A stretch of 64,000 bases of DNA from a virus (IMGVR_UViG_3300048080_000202:1859-65858); one strand, 5' to 3'. Counted from the stretch's first letter, positions 1 to 9,638 are shown. A program made the numbers and translations. The notes: a model not told the origin generated them from the sequence alone.

Positions 1-820
1 ACAGACCATTCTTGTGGAGTTCAAGGGAGGTTACGGGAGAGGGGGATTGCGTGAGGGTGAAAATAAGATTCACCCCATTGATGGTTCCCGAAGGAACTTC
101 ATCCGCGAAGCTGACAGTGAGAGTGAGTGTGGGCATGGTGGGATCTCCAAGAGGGCTGGACGGTTCCAGAATGTCCCGCTCATACCGTTGGGTGGGACGG
201 AGGGAGAGATACTTCGGGGCCATGTAGCCAGCCTTGAAGGAACTCATGGAGGTGAGATCCCGAAGGAAGGCCGACTTGTATCTCAGGGCTTTGTTGGTAT
301 CTTGGTTTGGGCCGTGCCGGAGGTGGGAGCGAAAGAGGAGATAGTTATTGGCGCTGATGGCGGCCCAGGCGGGGAGGGAGGTGGTGGAGGTTAGGGTGCC
401 AAAGGAGAGAGTCTTGGGGTATTCATAGGTGATGGTGCCGGAGACACTGGGGGCGGGCCAGAAAGCAATCTCGTCAGTCCCCTCATTCTGATAGAACACC
501 ACCGGCAGATTGGCGTTGGAGTTCCGCCACTCCCGCAAGCGGATGTTGAGTTCTTCAGTAGTGCGCTGCGCCAACCTGCGGTTGTTCCAATATACCGCGT
601 CCACACGGAGCATGTCCGATGGAAGAGTGGTTGTGGCGCTGGCGGTTATGGTGGTAGAGGTCCCCCACACAAGCTCGTATTGGTCCTGGACCCGATCCTG
701 CCATTGGTCCACATAGGCGGCGAGTTCGGTGTCTGTCCAATATTTGCTGTTTGGATCAAGAAGTTCACGCCGAGCGGCGTTTATGAACTGCTGCTTGGTC
801 CACCGGACATAAAGGGGCAC
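1..820 (-). CDS. Head-tail adaptor/connector-like protein (partial, runs off the left edge)
   Basis: Manual translation from GTG at 820 (MPLYVRWTKQQFINAARRELLDPNSKYWTDTELAAYVDQWQDRVQ...FWPAPSVSGTITYEYPK) is open to position 1. It is absent from the ORF track because there is no stop in the window. The 'W-T-D-x-E-L-x-x-Y' start, the 'WPAP' motif and the position after the capsid genes are typical of adaptors. Confidence 0.65.
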   Translation of the reverse strand, partial: MPLYVRWTKQQFINAARRELLDPNSKYWTDTELAAYVDQWQDRVQDQYELVWGTSTTITASATTTLPSDMLRVDAVYWNNRRLAQRTTEELNIRLREWRNSNANLPVVFYQNEGTDEIAFWPAPSVSGTITYEYPKTLSFGTLTSTTSLPAWAAISANNYLLFRSHLRHGPNQDTNKALRYKSAFLRDLTSMSSFKAGYMAPKYLSLRPTQRYERDILEPSSPLGDPTMPTLTLTVSFADEVPSGTINGVNLIFTLTQSPSPVTSLELHKNGL

Positions 821-837
821 AACTAATTATAACACTA

Positions 838-1449
838 TTAGAAGATTTTTGCGTGCCCATGGTTTCTGCAAATACGCCGAGCTTGGTCTAGGAATTCCTC
901 TACAGTTCTCTCGCGTTTTGACAAGTTACACCACTTACAACATGCCACCACGTTATCTAATGTGTAGCCTTTCAAACTATCAACACGATCAATACCGTTA
1001 TAAATAAAAGGACGAGAGCGTATTGAGTTTGTCAGTTTATCTCGCCTTGGAGGCTTGGCCACATTTTCTGGGGCTTTTCCACAGTACCAACAAAATTGAG
1101 AAGTAATTCTTTCAAAGTCTTCTTCTGATAATTTAAATTCGAGGTCTCTATCTTTTGCGGCATATTTATACATGTAGTATCGAGCAATAGCTGCTTTACT
1201 CCAACGATCTCTTAGTTGTGCAAGTTCTGGATTTTTTGCGGATTTAACGCGTTGGCCTTTCAGACATCCACAACTTATCGTTCGCTCTAAAAGCAACAAA
1301 GATTCTCGAACATTAGTTATCCTTCCACAATCGCATTGACATTCCCAAAATGTGCGTTTTGTGTTACCTCGTACTACTCCGGGGCCAGTGATAACTAATT
1401 TACCAAATCGAATTCCTATAAGCTCGGTTCTACTATTTAATTGTTGCAT
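838..1449 (-). CDS. Free-standing HNH homing endonuclease
   Basis: N-terminal 'RFGKL...WECQCDCG...SCGCL' DNA-binding module; C-terminal 'CWYCG...NGIDRVDSLKGYTLDNVVACCKWCN' nuclease motif; looks more AT-rich than its neighbours. Confidence 0.85.
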   Translation of the reverse strand: MQQLNSRTELIGIRFGKLVITGPGVVRGNTKRTFWECQCDCGRITNVRESLLLLERTISCGCLKGQRVKSAKNPELAQLRDRWSKAAIARYYMYKYAAKDRDLEFKLSEEDFERITSQFCWYCGKAPENVAKPPRRDKLTNSIRSRPFIYNGIDRVDSLKGYTLDNVVACCKWCNLSKRERTVEEFLDQARRICRNHGHAKIF

Positions 1450-2968
1450 ACCAAGGAGTATATACTTTGGTTATTGCTGCGTGGACAACTTCCCCACTCA
1501 CTGCTCCCATTGCACAAACCGGCCCCTCCGCAATAATTTCCAAAGTGGTATCATTACGAACAGCAGCCGTTGGACAACTTTCCCGGGAATAGTGTAACTG
1601 CTTGCAAGGAAAGCATTTAGCAATTTCTGGGTCAGGCGTTAATGCCTGAGTATTTAACCAATGTTTTGTTAAATCTTCCGGAGCCGAATGCGACATCATG
1701 ACGATCTTCGGGGTTTCAAAACACCCTGCTGCATTCAAGATTCCTGTCTCAGGACCCATCACCAAATCCACATGTTGCGTGAGGCACATGATTTTACGGA
1801 TGTCCACGGCTCCTGCCATTTTTACCAAGCGTGGGTGATCGAATTCCAGCAGGCGTCCCATTTGGTCTCCACATGTGATCATCACAGAGTTGGGATGAGC
1901 GTTGAGCCAATCAGTCATCACGGGCTCGAAGAGGCCGTAGATTTTGTGAAAACTGGAGCCAGTAAGGGAATAGAGGATCAGAAACTTGGACTTGTATTGC
2001 TTTCGAATATCCCTTGCCCAGCGTTCTTCTTCGGGGGAAAAGTAAAGCTCTCCTCGTGGGGATGGGATCTCCCCCTTGCATCCACCCAACTCCATCGTAA
2101 AATCATAGTAATTCTTTCCACTCCCACGCCATTGTCGAAAAGATTTTGGGCTGTAGAATTCAGCGCGTCCTTCAACTGCGAGAAGTTTTCCTTCGATGGA
2201 TTCAGAGAGGTTGACGAATTCGTCATATTCGGGTTTCCAGAGATCCCAGTATTCTCCGAGTTGGGGGTTGGGAATTCCCTCGCGCTCCTGGCAGATAATG
2301 TTGTCAACAAAGGGATTGTGGTTGAGCATGGATTTGGAATAGGAGGTGCAATTTACGGTGACATGATATCCTTTGTTCTTCCATGCTCGGATGAGCGGAG
2401 TGATCATGATCATGTCACCGAAAGCCCCGTAGCGAACAATACAGACACGTTTGGGGGTGGGGGGTTTGGGTTCAGAGATATCTCCGCGTTTCTCCGAGAC
2501 CTTCTTGTAGATTTGCAGAAGGTGTCCTTCGTGAGTATATCTCCCTTTACACTTCCACCCCCCAGAACTCGCCACAAGTTTATCGACAGATTCGGGGGTG
2601 AAGGAAGAGATAACAGTTGTAGAAAGCTCGGCGGAGATGGGAAGGAAGACAAGGAGGTGGCCTCCGGGGCGAAGCTTGGTGGCAGCCTCCTGCACCAGCT
2701 TCTTTGGGTCTTCTAAGGCTTCAAGGGCCTTGGATATGAAAACCCAATCGAAGGCATTCTCCGCGTAGATAGACAAATCATCCGTACAGATATCACAAGC
2801 GGCGGCTCCTGCGGGGTTAACACCGGCGCAGAAGACGTTGATGGTTTTGGCAGCACGGGGAAGAATGGGTTCGTTTCCCATCCCGAAGTGCAACCCTTTA
2901 CCGATTAGATATCCGACGGAGCGAAATCTCGCCCAATCAAATGTCGTCATCGGTGTCGTTGGCCGCAA
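1433..2968 (-). CDS. Glycosyltransferase family 9 (heptosyltransferase-like) with N-terminal methyltransferase-like domain
   Basis: 'RVCIVRYGAFGDMIMITPLI' and 'VDLVMGPETGILNAA' match GT9 (RfaF/RfaQ) motifs; the N-terminal 'FDWVFISKALE...LRPGGHL' resembles class I methyltransferases. Confidence 0.8.
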   Translation of the reverse strand: MRPTTPMTTFDWARFRSVGYLIGKGLHFGMGNEPILPRAAKTINVFCAGVNPAGAAACDICTDDLSIYAENAFDWVFISKALEALEDPKKLVQEAATKLRPGGHLLVFLPISAELSTTVISSFTPESVDKLVASSGGWKCKGRYTHEGHLLQIYKKVSEKRGDISEPKPPTPKRVCIVRYGAFGDMIMITPLIRAWKNKGYHVTVNCTSYSKSMLNHNPFVDNIICQEREGIPNPQLGEYWDLWKPEYDEFVNLSESIEGKLLAVEGRAEFYSPKSFRQWRGSGKNYYDFTMELGGCKGEIPSPRGELYFSPEEERWARDIRKQYKSKFLILYSLTGSSFHKIYGLFEPVMTDWLNAHPNSVMITCGDQMGRLLEFDHPRLVKMAGAVDIRKIMCLTQHVDLVMGPETGILNAAGCFETPKIVMMSHSAPEDLTKHWLNTQALTPDPEIAKCFPCKQLHYSRESCPTAAVRNDTTLEIIAEGPVCAMGAVSGEVVHAAITKVYTPWYATIK

Positions 2969-3413
2969 GCGGGGTGGCGAAGCCGAGGGTTAGGAGGAAC
3001 TCACCACCGGGGCGGACTCTGCGAGTCTTTCCGGAGTGAGCTTTCATGTGGGAGAGAATGCGTTGAGTGGAGAGGGGAATGGTTTCATCACAGACATCAC
3101 AGCGGAAGTCTTGGAGTTCCACGCCGGTTTCTGCGAGGCGTGCCCACCCAGGCCATTCCTTCTCGGATTCCTTGAGGGTGAGTTTGAAACCTCCCCCATG
3201 TTCCGGGACGTGAGCAAGCATGGTGTCCACGCTGCGTGGGAGGCGAGTGTGGCAGGACATATCTCGGCGATGAATTGGGGCGTAGCCGAGGCAGAGGATT
3301 TCTTTGGGGTGAAGACGGGCTTTGATAAAAGCCAGCCAGTTGGTGAGGGACTTGGGAGAGTCGGAAGCTCTCACTGGTGCGATATCGGGCATTGGGACTC
3401 CAATGAAAATCAA
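2937..3413 (-). CDS. Hypothetical protein with C2H2-type zinc finger
   Basis: 'CDVCDETIPLSTQRILSHMKAH'; lies in operon order between the capsid-associated gene and the GT9 gene. Confidence 0.6.
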   Translation of the reverse strand: MIFIGVPMPDIAPVRASDSPKSLTNWLAFIKARLHPKEILCLGYAPIHRRDMSCHTRLPRSVDTMLAHVPEHGGGFKLTLKESEKEWPGWARLAETGVELQDFRCDVCDETIPLSTQRILSHMKAHSGKTRRVRPGGEFLLTLGFATPLAANDTDDDI

Positions 3414-3452
3414 GGGTGATTAATGGCTCACCCTCGGAAGCCAGTTTAAGAG

Positions 3453-3863
3453 TTAGCTATAAAGCTCGCCTTGCTCGTACCAAATGTCATACGTGCCATG
3501 AGACTGATTAGCTGAAGCTGTAGCAGTCCCAACGACAGTGACAGTGGATTCACCACCGGCGGCAAATGTTCCAGTTGCTCCTGTGGGGGCTCCTGTCACA
3601 CTCTCTCCAGCGGTTCCTGCGGCAATAGTAACCATAGTGTTTGTGCCGTTAAGGAAGTTGAGCTTGTTAGTTGTGGTTACACCAGCAGTGATAGTCTTCA
3701 CATGAACCTTGGTGACTGCTGTTCGACGAATAAATGCGGGCATTTCAACTGCGTCGGCAACAGTTACCACTTGCGCGGAGGCAGTGGCAGTTAAGGTTGT
3801 GGTAGACGTGAATCGTGCTGGCACTTGGACGCGAATGTTGTATTTGGGATCTGAATAACTCAT
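3453..3863 (-). CDS. Capsid decoration/cement-like protein
   Basis: 136 aa, Thr/Ala/Gly-rich predicted beta protein immediately after the major capsid gene, with an RBS (AGGAG). Confidence 0.55.
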   Translation of the reverse strand: MSYSDPKYNIRVQVPARFTSTTTLTATASAQVVTVADAVEMPAFIRRTAVTKVHVKTITAGVTTTNKLNFLNGTNTMVTIAAGTAGESVTGAPTGATGTFAAGGESTVTVVGTATASANQSHGTYDIWYEQGELYS

Positions 3864-3875
3864 ATTTATTCTCCT

Positions 3876-4826
3876 TTACGCGCTTGTGACAAACACGATG
3901 TGCTGCTCGGCATCGGCTGCGAAGTTCCAGACGATCTTGAAGCCCAGAAGGGCATACCAAGCCATTGCCATGTCTCGACCGAAATCTTGCGGAACTTTCA
4001 TGCGGATCTCTTCGGGAATACAAACTCCCTCGTAGACCGAATCAGCGCCGAAGAAAACAGCCTGACCACGGAGAGAACTCAAGCCAATGGTGTTGGAAAG
4101 AAAGCCGGTTTCCTGTATGAAGCGAACTCCGTAGAAGGTTCCGACTTCGCCAGTGAAGATATTCTTGGCGAATTCGCCGGTGTATTTGCTGATGTCAATC
4201 CATCCACCAGTTCCACTATCTGCGTGCATTCCACTCATGGCGGATACAGAAGCTACGCAAATGTAGTTCTGGCCGTCGTATTTGGGGACATTACGCTTTA
4301 GCAAGAAATCAACCACTGAGCGAACATTTGCAGCGGTGAGATCGGCGGAGGCAGTAGCGGTAGCAGTACCGTTGGTGGTGAAGATGACAGAGTTAGTCGC
4401 AGACATTACTGCGATGTAGTCGGTGGCCGCGAACTGTGCGCCTGCGGCGGACTCAAGAACCTTGACCTGATCGTCACGGAGTTTCATTTCCGTTACGCTG
4501 TCAATATCGAATTGTCCGAGGGCGTCGAGTTTTTGGGTATAAGGGACACTCAAACCGAATTCGGTAATCGTGCCGGTTCCCTGGTTGGTTACGTAGTTGG
4601 TTTCGGGGATGGTGGCTGTTTCGACCAGTGTGCCGCCTTGAGTAGCGACATCACCGGACTTGTCAAACAACCAGGTATCACCCCGTTTCTTCCCGACCTG
4701 TTCTTTAACGTCAATGAACTGACGAAGCTTAAAGTAAGGCTGTGCTTTGTGACGCAGCCGTTCGGTAAGATAAGGTACCGCCCAGTTACCACCCAAGGTT
4801 GATGTGGACCATAATTGTCCAGGCAT
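3876..4826 (-). CDS. Major capsid protein (N4-gp56-like family)
   Basis: 316 aa; 'FRQFIDVKE...G..GDT..F.K', 'GEVGTFYGVRFIQE' and 'DFGRDMAMAWYALLGFK' are typical of this capsid family; follows the scaffold gene. Confidence 0.9.
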   Translation of the reverse strand: MPGQLWSTSTLGGNWAVPYLTERLRHKAQPYFKLRQFIDVKEQVGKKRGDTWLFDKSGDVATQGGTLVETATIPETNYVTNQGTGTITEFGLSVPYTQKLDALGQFDIDSVTEMKLRDDQVKVLESAAGAQFAATDYIAVMSATNSVIFTTNGTATATASADLTAANVRSVVDFLLKRNVPKYDGQNYICVASVSAMSGMHADSGTGGWIDISKYTGEFAKNIFTGEVGTFYGVRFIQETGFLSNTIGLSSLRGQAVFFGADSVYEGVCIPEEIRMKVPQDFGRDMAMAWYALLGFKIVWNFAADAEQHIVFVTSA

Positions 4827-4843
4827 TTATTTCTCCTTGTGTG

Positions 4844-5665
4844 TTAATTGGAAAGACCCCGACCTGCATCAAGCAGAGCTTTGCGTTTGCGAATGTAGCT
4901 CTCGGGAGAAACATCCGGTTCTGCTGGCTTGGTCTCTGTTTGCCCACGTTCTGCAATCTGATTGGGCGCAAGCGGGGACGAGGAAATGACTTCCCTTCGG
5001 GTTGTCATGGCCTCTTCTTTTCCATTGGCACGATACCGTTGGATGCGTTTTCGGACTTCTTCAACCGCTTCGGATACGGCGGTTTTGTATTCTTTGATTT
5101 GAGAAGCGTGATCGGTGACTTTACCAGCCGACTGAGCGGCCTGGAGTTTTGCGGTCGCAAGACTGGTGATCCACGGTTCTTCTTCAATGATGTCGGGGTT
5201 TTTAGAACGAATGTCGTTGATGAATGCGTTGAGGTCTTGGCGGGTGTCGAATTCGACAAGGGATTCTGCCTTGGCGGTTTCGGTGACGCGCTGGGAGACA
5301 GCGGATTGCACGGTCTCGATCAGGGCCGCTTCGAAACCTTTGGTGTCGCCTTCTTTGAGGTAGTCAACCCAGGTTTTGGGGGTTTCCTTGGCGGCCTCCG
5401 CAGGCTTGGTGCGCTGCTCGATTGTAGAGATCTGAGCGATGACCGGGGCGAGGGCTTCGCGGATGATGGAGGCGAAGTCGGGAGAGACGGCAGCAGTGGT
5501 TACTGGTTCAGTAACAATGGGCTCGGCGGTTTGAGTTTCAACTACAGGCTCGGGGTGCTCGGAAGCATAGAGACGTTGATAAGCAGCTTCGCGTTGGGAA
5601 AGAGGGGCGGTTTCTGTGGAGGTGGATGTTGCGACAACGGTTTCTGTGGTTACGGGTTCAGGCAT
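4844..5665 (-). CDS. Capsid scaffolding protein
   Basis: Acidic, low-complexity, helical 273 aa ORF directly upstream of the capsid gene. Confidence 0.7.
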   Translation of the reverse strand: MPEPVTTETVVATSTSTETAPLSQREAAYQRLYASEHPEPVVETQTAEPIVTEPVTTAAVSPDFASIIREALAPVIAQISTIEQRTKPAEAAKETPKTWVDYLKEGDTKGFEAALIETVQSAVSQRVTETAKAESLVEFDTRQDLNAFINDIRSKNPDIIEEEPWITSLATAKLQAAQSAGKVTDHASQIKEYKTAVSEAVEEVRKRIQRYRANGKEEAMTTRREVISSSPLAPNQIAERGQTETKPAEPDVSPESYIRKRKALLDAGRGLSN

Positions 5666-5681
5666 GAATGGTCCTATTTAT

Positions 5682-5692
5682 ATTGTAGCACA
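5682..5692 (-). promoter_or_regulatory. Extended -10 promoter-like motif TGTGCTACAAT upstream of the scaffold gene
   Basis: TGnTACAAT; an identical 11-mer lies upstream of the portal gene (12210-12220). Confidence 0.55.
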
Positions 5693-5717
5693 ATTTGTGG
5701 GATTTGGTATAAGAATT

Positions 5718-6011
5718 TCAAATGGAGATTCCAATGGATGCGAGATATTCTTCAGCATCTTTGCCGCGTTTGAGAATTTTTTGCATCAAGGTGACAACGA
5801 AGTCGAGGCCGTAGATGCGGCCTGCGATTTGTTCGCGGGTGATGGGGGATGTAGTTTGGGCCCCAAGAGTGAGGGCGACAAGGGAGGAGGTGTATTGTTC
5901 GCGGGCCGCAAGGATCTTGGGGAGGATTACGTCAGTCCAGGCGATGTTGTCGAGAAGTGATTCGACATCCTGGGCTTGGTGGGCTTCGAGGAGAGCTTTG
6001 GGGTTGTTCAT
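5718..6011 (-). CDS. Hypothetical head-module protein
   Basis: 97 aa helical ORF overlapping the upstream gene's stop; typical position before the scaffold gene. Confidence 0.6.
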   Translation of the reverse strand: MNNPKALLEAHQAQDVESLLDNIAWTDVILPKILAAREQYTSSLVALTLGAQTTSPITREQIAGRIYGLDFVVTLMQKILKRGKDAEEYLASIGISI

Positions 6012-7195
6012 AGACGGATTCCAATGGAGAGGGAGGTTTTTTGATATTGGACAGGGGTGCCAGCGGTGCCGATACGACCTCGGGCAGAGATGGTGCGGTC
6101 GGTGGTAGCGGTTATGCGTGCGCGGGCGAGGATAGTGCGGTCGGCTTGGAGGGTGATGCTGGCTTTGGAGGTGACAGTGCGGTCAGTAGTTACTGTTATT
6201 CTCGCCAAAGACAGAATGGTTTTGTCAACTGTGGCTGTGATCCGAGCGAGGGCGGGGATTGTTCGATCAGTAGTTACTGTAATACGTGCTCGGGATTGGA
6301 TAGTCTGATCGGTAGTGGCTGTGATCCGAGCACGCGCTGTGATGGTTTGGTCTGTGACGGCCCCCGTGACGATGTTTGCTTTGGCAGTGATGACTTGATC
6401 AGTGGTTACTGTGATTCGGGCTTTGGCTGTAACAGTTTGATCCGTTGTGCCAGCGATTCTTGCCCTGGCGGTGATGGTTTGATCTGTGGTATCTTGTGCT
6501 CGGATCTCCAACATCACCCCACGCCAAGCGACGTTGCCTGTCCAAGTGGCGCTGGACAGGTCTTCCCAGGCGTCGTTTCGGAATTGGCATTCATGCCCCG
6601 TGGCGGGGCTGTTGTAGTTTCCGTCGGCCCCGGCGGTTTCGGTCCAATTGGTTCGTGGGGTGGTGGCTTCGTTGGCAAGGTGGACGAAGAAGGCGAGTGG
6701 GCGGTTGGAGGGTTTTTGAGAGGTGGTGGCGGTGCAGGTGCCAGAGGTTGCGGCGGCGGTTCCGAAGGTGGGATTTTGGACAACCGCATTAGCTGCATCG
6801 GTGCCGCCCCAGCCGGTAACCTCAAATTCAGTAATGCCTGCGCCGGTACGGTTGGAACCCCAAGTGCCGATGACAGCGGCGGTGGATGGGGTTCCCCCGG
6901 CGTCCGCCACCCATACCGAGAGAATATGAGTGGTGCTGAGAAGATTGGCGGCGAGGGTGAGTTTGGTGAAGGCTACGCCATGGCCATTGACAGCGGTGGG
7001 ATCGGTGGGACTGGACGCAAGACTGGCGTTGATGAAAGCGACAAGGAGGGAGTTGGCAGCTGGGGTGTAGGTGGGAGCGCAGGTGTAAGTGACGGCAGCG
7101 CCGGTGCTGTAGATACTCGATCGGTATGTAGTGGTAATAGCCATCGAGGGGGCTATCCGAGCCCGAGCCGTGATTCGCTGTCGCCGTGTTGCCAC
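6008..7195 (-). CDS. Virion protein with ten 14-aa tandem repeats
   Basis: Beta-rich N-terminal domain followed by repeats of consensus TxTTD(Q/R)TIxA(R/K)ARI. Confidence 0.7.
   Translation of the reverse strand: MATRRQRITARARIAPSMAITTTYRSSIYSTGAAVTYTCAPTYTPAANSLLVAFINASLASSPTDPTAVNGHGVAFTKLTLAANLLSTTHILSVWVADAGGTPSTAAVIGTWGSNRTGAGITEFEVTGWGGTDAANAVVQNPTFGTAAATSGTCTATTSQKPSNRPLAFFVHLANEATTPRTNWTETAGADGNYNSPATGHECQFRNDAWEDLSSATWTGNVAWRGVMLEIRAQDTTDQTITARARIAGTTDQTVTAKARITVTTDQVITAKANIVTGAVTDQTITARARITATTDQTIQSRARITVTTDRTIPALARITATVDKTILSLARITVTTDRTVTSKASITLQADRTILARARITATTDRTISARGRIGTAGTPVQYQKTSLSIGIRL
6071..6499 (-). repeat. Coding tandem repeat, about 42 nt unit x10, degenerate at DNA level
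   Basis: Repeats are visible in the translation (e.g. TVTTDRTIPALARI, TATVDKTILSLARI). Confidence 0.85.
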
Positions 7196-7198
7196 ATG

Positions 7199-7585
7199 TT
7201 ACTTGAGGACAATGAGTTGTTGGTGATTTTTCCCTTCAACAGTAGTTTGCCAGCCGAAGCAGTGTTCGATGGTGTGGGAGAGTTCACTCCAGCCAGCATT
7301 AAGGGAGTGGGTGTGGCGACGAAAGTAGATGAGACGAAAGGGGGAGGTTTCGGGGGTGTCGGTCCAGAATGGCACGCCGTCAATTTCGAAGTGTCCGTCC
7401 CGAAGATCCACGAGATACTTGTGGCCTTCGCCCTCAAGTTGAAACACCTCCACCTCATCGTAGCGTTTCATAACATCGAAGAATGCGCTGCGAAGGGGGT
7501 CGGTGAGGGAGGTGTCGAGGAGGGTTTGGAAATACTCAGAACCGTCTGAGTATCTTACGCCAAAGAGATACTTTAGGGGTGTCAT
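7199..7585 (-). CDS. Hypothetical phage protein
   Basis: 128 aa ORF in operon context with 'LIYFRRH...CFGWQ' motif. Confidence 0.6.
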   Translation of the reverse strand: MTPLKYLFGVRYSDGSEYFQTLLDTSLTDPLRSAFFDVMKRYDEVEVFQLEGEGHKYLVDLRDGHFEIDGVPFWTDTPETSPFRLIYFRRHTHSLNAGWSELSHTIEHCFGWQTTVEGKNHQQLIVLK

Positions 7586-7760
7586 TGGATTGAGGGGGAT
7601 CGATGGGATTCGATTGAGGTTGGGGATTATAGTCCCAAAGGATAGAACCTGGGAATTTCAGGAAGCGTCCACAAGCACACGTTGCTACCATTTCGCCATT
7701 GGCGTCAACGGAGACTTCTCGTTCGGTGGGTTCACCGCAGAGGGCACAGAATAGTTTCAT
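7536..7760 (-). CDS. Small zinc-ribbon protein
   Basis: 'CALCG...CACG' Cys pairs; tight operon spacing. Confidence 0.5.
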   Translation of the reverse strand: MKLFCALCGEPTEREVSVDANGEMVATCACGRFLKFPGSILWDYNPQPQSNPIDPPQSNDTPKVSLWRKILRRF

Positions 7761-7762
7761 AT

Positions 7763-8290
7763 CTAATTCTCATTATAACGGAGTGTATAAGTGATATTGG
7801 CAGTATCACCAGCGGCGGGTGTGGTGGTTTGGAGTTGATGGGTGAGATAGTTTGTGAAGCAAGGGTTGGTGGTCATTGAGGCGGCTTTGCCAGCGCTCGC
7901 GGGGCCGGTGGCACCAAACCACACTGCACGCCCGGAGGTGATGGCGATTGCGGTGGTTTGATCAAAGGTGAGATTGGCGTTGGCGGAGGCAGAAGGAGTG
8001 GCATACAGCAATCGATCGGCATCGACAGTCATTGCGGGCTGACCTTTGGCTACTAATCCAGTTCCAAGAGCGGTGGTAGTGTGCGCCCAAAGGCCGGTGG
8101 AGATTTGATTGAAGGTGCCGGAGAAATGACCAAATAGCCATTTGTCGAAGGAGTTTGCGCCTGCGGTGATGGGGGAGGCACTATAGGCGGTGGTGGAATC
8201 GTCGATACCCTTCCAATTGCTTTCTGTGCGGGCGTGGGTGATAGTTTCACCAGCACCGTTGGATTCGTCGAATTCGAATGTTGCGGCCAT
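7763..8290 (-). CDS. Putative structural protein
   Basis: Likely start ATG 8290 (MAATFEFDESNGAGET...), right after the upstream stop; Thr/Ala-rich, ending 'TLRYNEN'. Confidence 0.6.
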   Translation of the reverse strand: MAATFEFDESNGAGETITHARTESNWKGIDDSTTAYSASPITAGANSFDKWLFGHFSGTFNQISTGLWAHTTTALGTGLVAKGQPAMTVDADRLLYATPSASANANLTFDQTTAIAITSGRAVWFGATGPASAGKAASMTTNPCFTNYLTHQLQTTTPAAGDTANITYTLRYNEN

Positions 8291-8292
8291 GA

Positions 8293-8553
8293 TTATTTTA
8301 TTCCTATAATTGAAGTAGCGGTGGTGCCGGTGGACCAAACGCGGACACATCGGATGGGGTGGACAAGTCCTGCGGCGAGACTTACAAAGGTCACTGTGTC
8401 ACCATCATATAGGGTGACCTTGAGATCCCCGGAACCCCCAACATAGACACCACGGTAGGCGAACGGGAGATCGGCGGAATCATTGGGGGTGACGGCAAAA
8501 GCCCCGGTGGCGGGGCGGTCATAGGCGGTAGTGGAGGCGTCGGGATAGGGCAT
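8293..8553 (-). CDS. Head spike base protein (GTA Rcc01079-like)
   Basis: 'AFAVTPND...YVGGSGDLKV...PIRCVRVWSTGTTAT' matches the family as I recall it. Confidence 0.8.
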   Translation of the reverse strand: MPYPDASTTAYDRPATGAFAVTPNDSADLPFAYRGVYVGGSGDLKVTLYDGDTVTFVSLAAGLVHPIRCVRVWSTGTTATSIIGIK

Positions 8554-8681
8554 TAGTGTCTCTTGAAAAATTCAACTTGTTGAAGACGTTTTATAGCTTG
8601 ATCTCTGGAAGGATATACCTTACTTAAGCTCTTACCCTTGTGGGAGACAACCTTGTATCCACCTTTGGTCTTGACTATCAT
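8553..8681 (-). CDS. Small basic conserved phage protein (42 aa, below the ORF-track cutoff)
   Basis: Manual translation MIVKTKGGYKVVSHKGKSLSKVYPSRDQAIKRLQQVEFFKRH; TAATG overlap with the next gene. Confidence 0.7.
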   Translation of the reverse strand: MIVKTKGGYKVVSHKGKSLSKVYPSRDQAIKRLQQVEFFKRH

Positions 8682-9016
8682 CGAGGTGCCTTTAATCTGT
8701 AATTCCTACCAGCAACAATACCTGTTGTTCCGGCGACTACAAAATTGAGGGGTATAAAAGGACGACGGGTTAACTTTTCAACCAGTATCAAACCCCCCGC
8801 TAGCCCAATTTTCAAAGCAATTCCACGCCGCATGGAAAAGCCGCCCCGCGAATTACGAAGTAGTGGATTGACTTCTTGTAGTCCTGTTGAAGAATGCACA
8901 TCAAGAGCATTGGCGGCAATCATTGTTCCCACACTTAGTAGCCAAAGCTTTTTAGGAGCGGCGTGCAAGCTATTAGTTAGAACTAAGCAAAGTACCAGTG
9001 CCTTAATACTGAGCAT
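8678..9016 (-). CDS. Membrane/secreted protein (DUF5658-like)
   Basis: Signal peptide, 'ANALDVHSS...EVNPLL' motif and hydrophobic segments. Confidence 0.6.
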   Translation of the reverse strand: MLSIKALVLCLVLTNSLHAAPKKLWLLSVGTMIAANALDVHSSTGLQEVNPLLRNSRGGFSMRRGIALKIGLAGGLILVEKLTRRPFIPLNFVVAGTTGIVAGRNYRLKAPR

Positions 9017-9638
9017 AGGTTAGAAATCCCGTAATAGTACCAGTGACTGACGCTAAACACAAAGCATTAGCAGAGGCAGTTTCAAACAGATTGCTGCCTG
9101 AAGGGGCGCGGGCAGAGATGTTGCCATTGGTTGGCAGCGCCATTGCTGCTGTTAAGTCCACCGGACCCGTCACGCAATTGGTGCCTGTGCCGTATAAAAA
9201 CTTCGCTGTACCTGCCAGGCTTTCGGTGATAACAAAACTACATACTCGTACTTTCTTTGCAGACGCTAAAGCCACAATCTGAGTGGTTGCACCCGCAGTG
9301 ACACTGATAGTTGCGGAATTGCGGCAGGAAAATTGCCTATCCCACGTGGTGCCGTTGAATGTATAAGGCCAGAATTGTAAAAACGCACTAGAGCCATTTT
9401 GATCGGGAGTAAAAAGCCCAACAGCATTTGATACTCCATCTGCTCCATTACCTACTACTCCAAGACTGATACTACCTGAGGCATTGGCTCCAATTATTCG
9501 GACATAGAGTCCTCGGTCAGTAATAGCAGGAGGGCCAATTCCAGAAGTGATTTCATTATAATTACCATCGACAATTTTTACTGGGGCTTGGGCAAAAATC
9601 AGACCACTGAACAACAGTGCAATAAGAAGTTTTTTCAT
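9003..9638 (-). CDS. Secreted/structural beta-rich protein
   Basis: Signal peptide 'MKKLLIALLFSGLIFAQ'. Confidence 0.6.
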   Translation of the reverse strand: MKKLLIALLFSGLIFAQAPVKIVDGNYNEITSGIGPPAITDRGLYVRIIGANASGSISLGVVGNGADGVSNAVGLFTPDQNGSSAFLQFWPYTFNGTTWDRQFSCRNSATISVTAGATTQIVALASAKKVRVCSFVITESLAGTAKFLYGTGTNCVTGPVDLTAAMALPTNGNISARAPSGSNLFETASANALCLASVTGTITGFLTYAQY

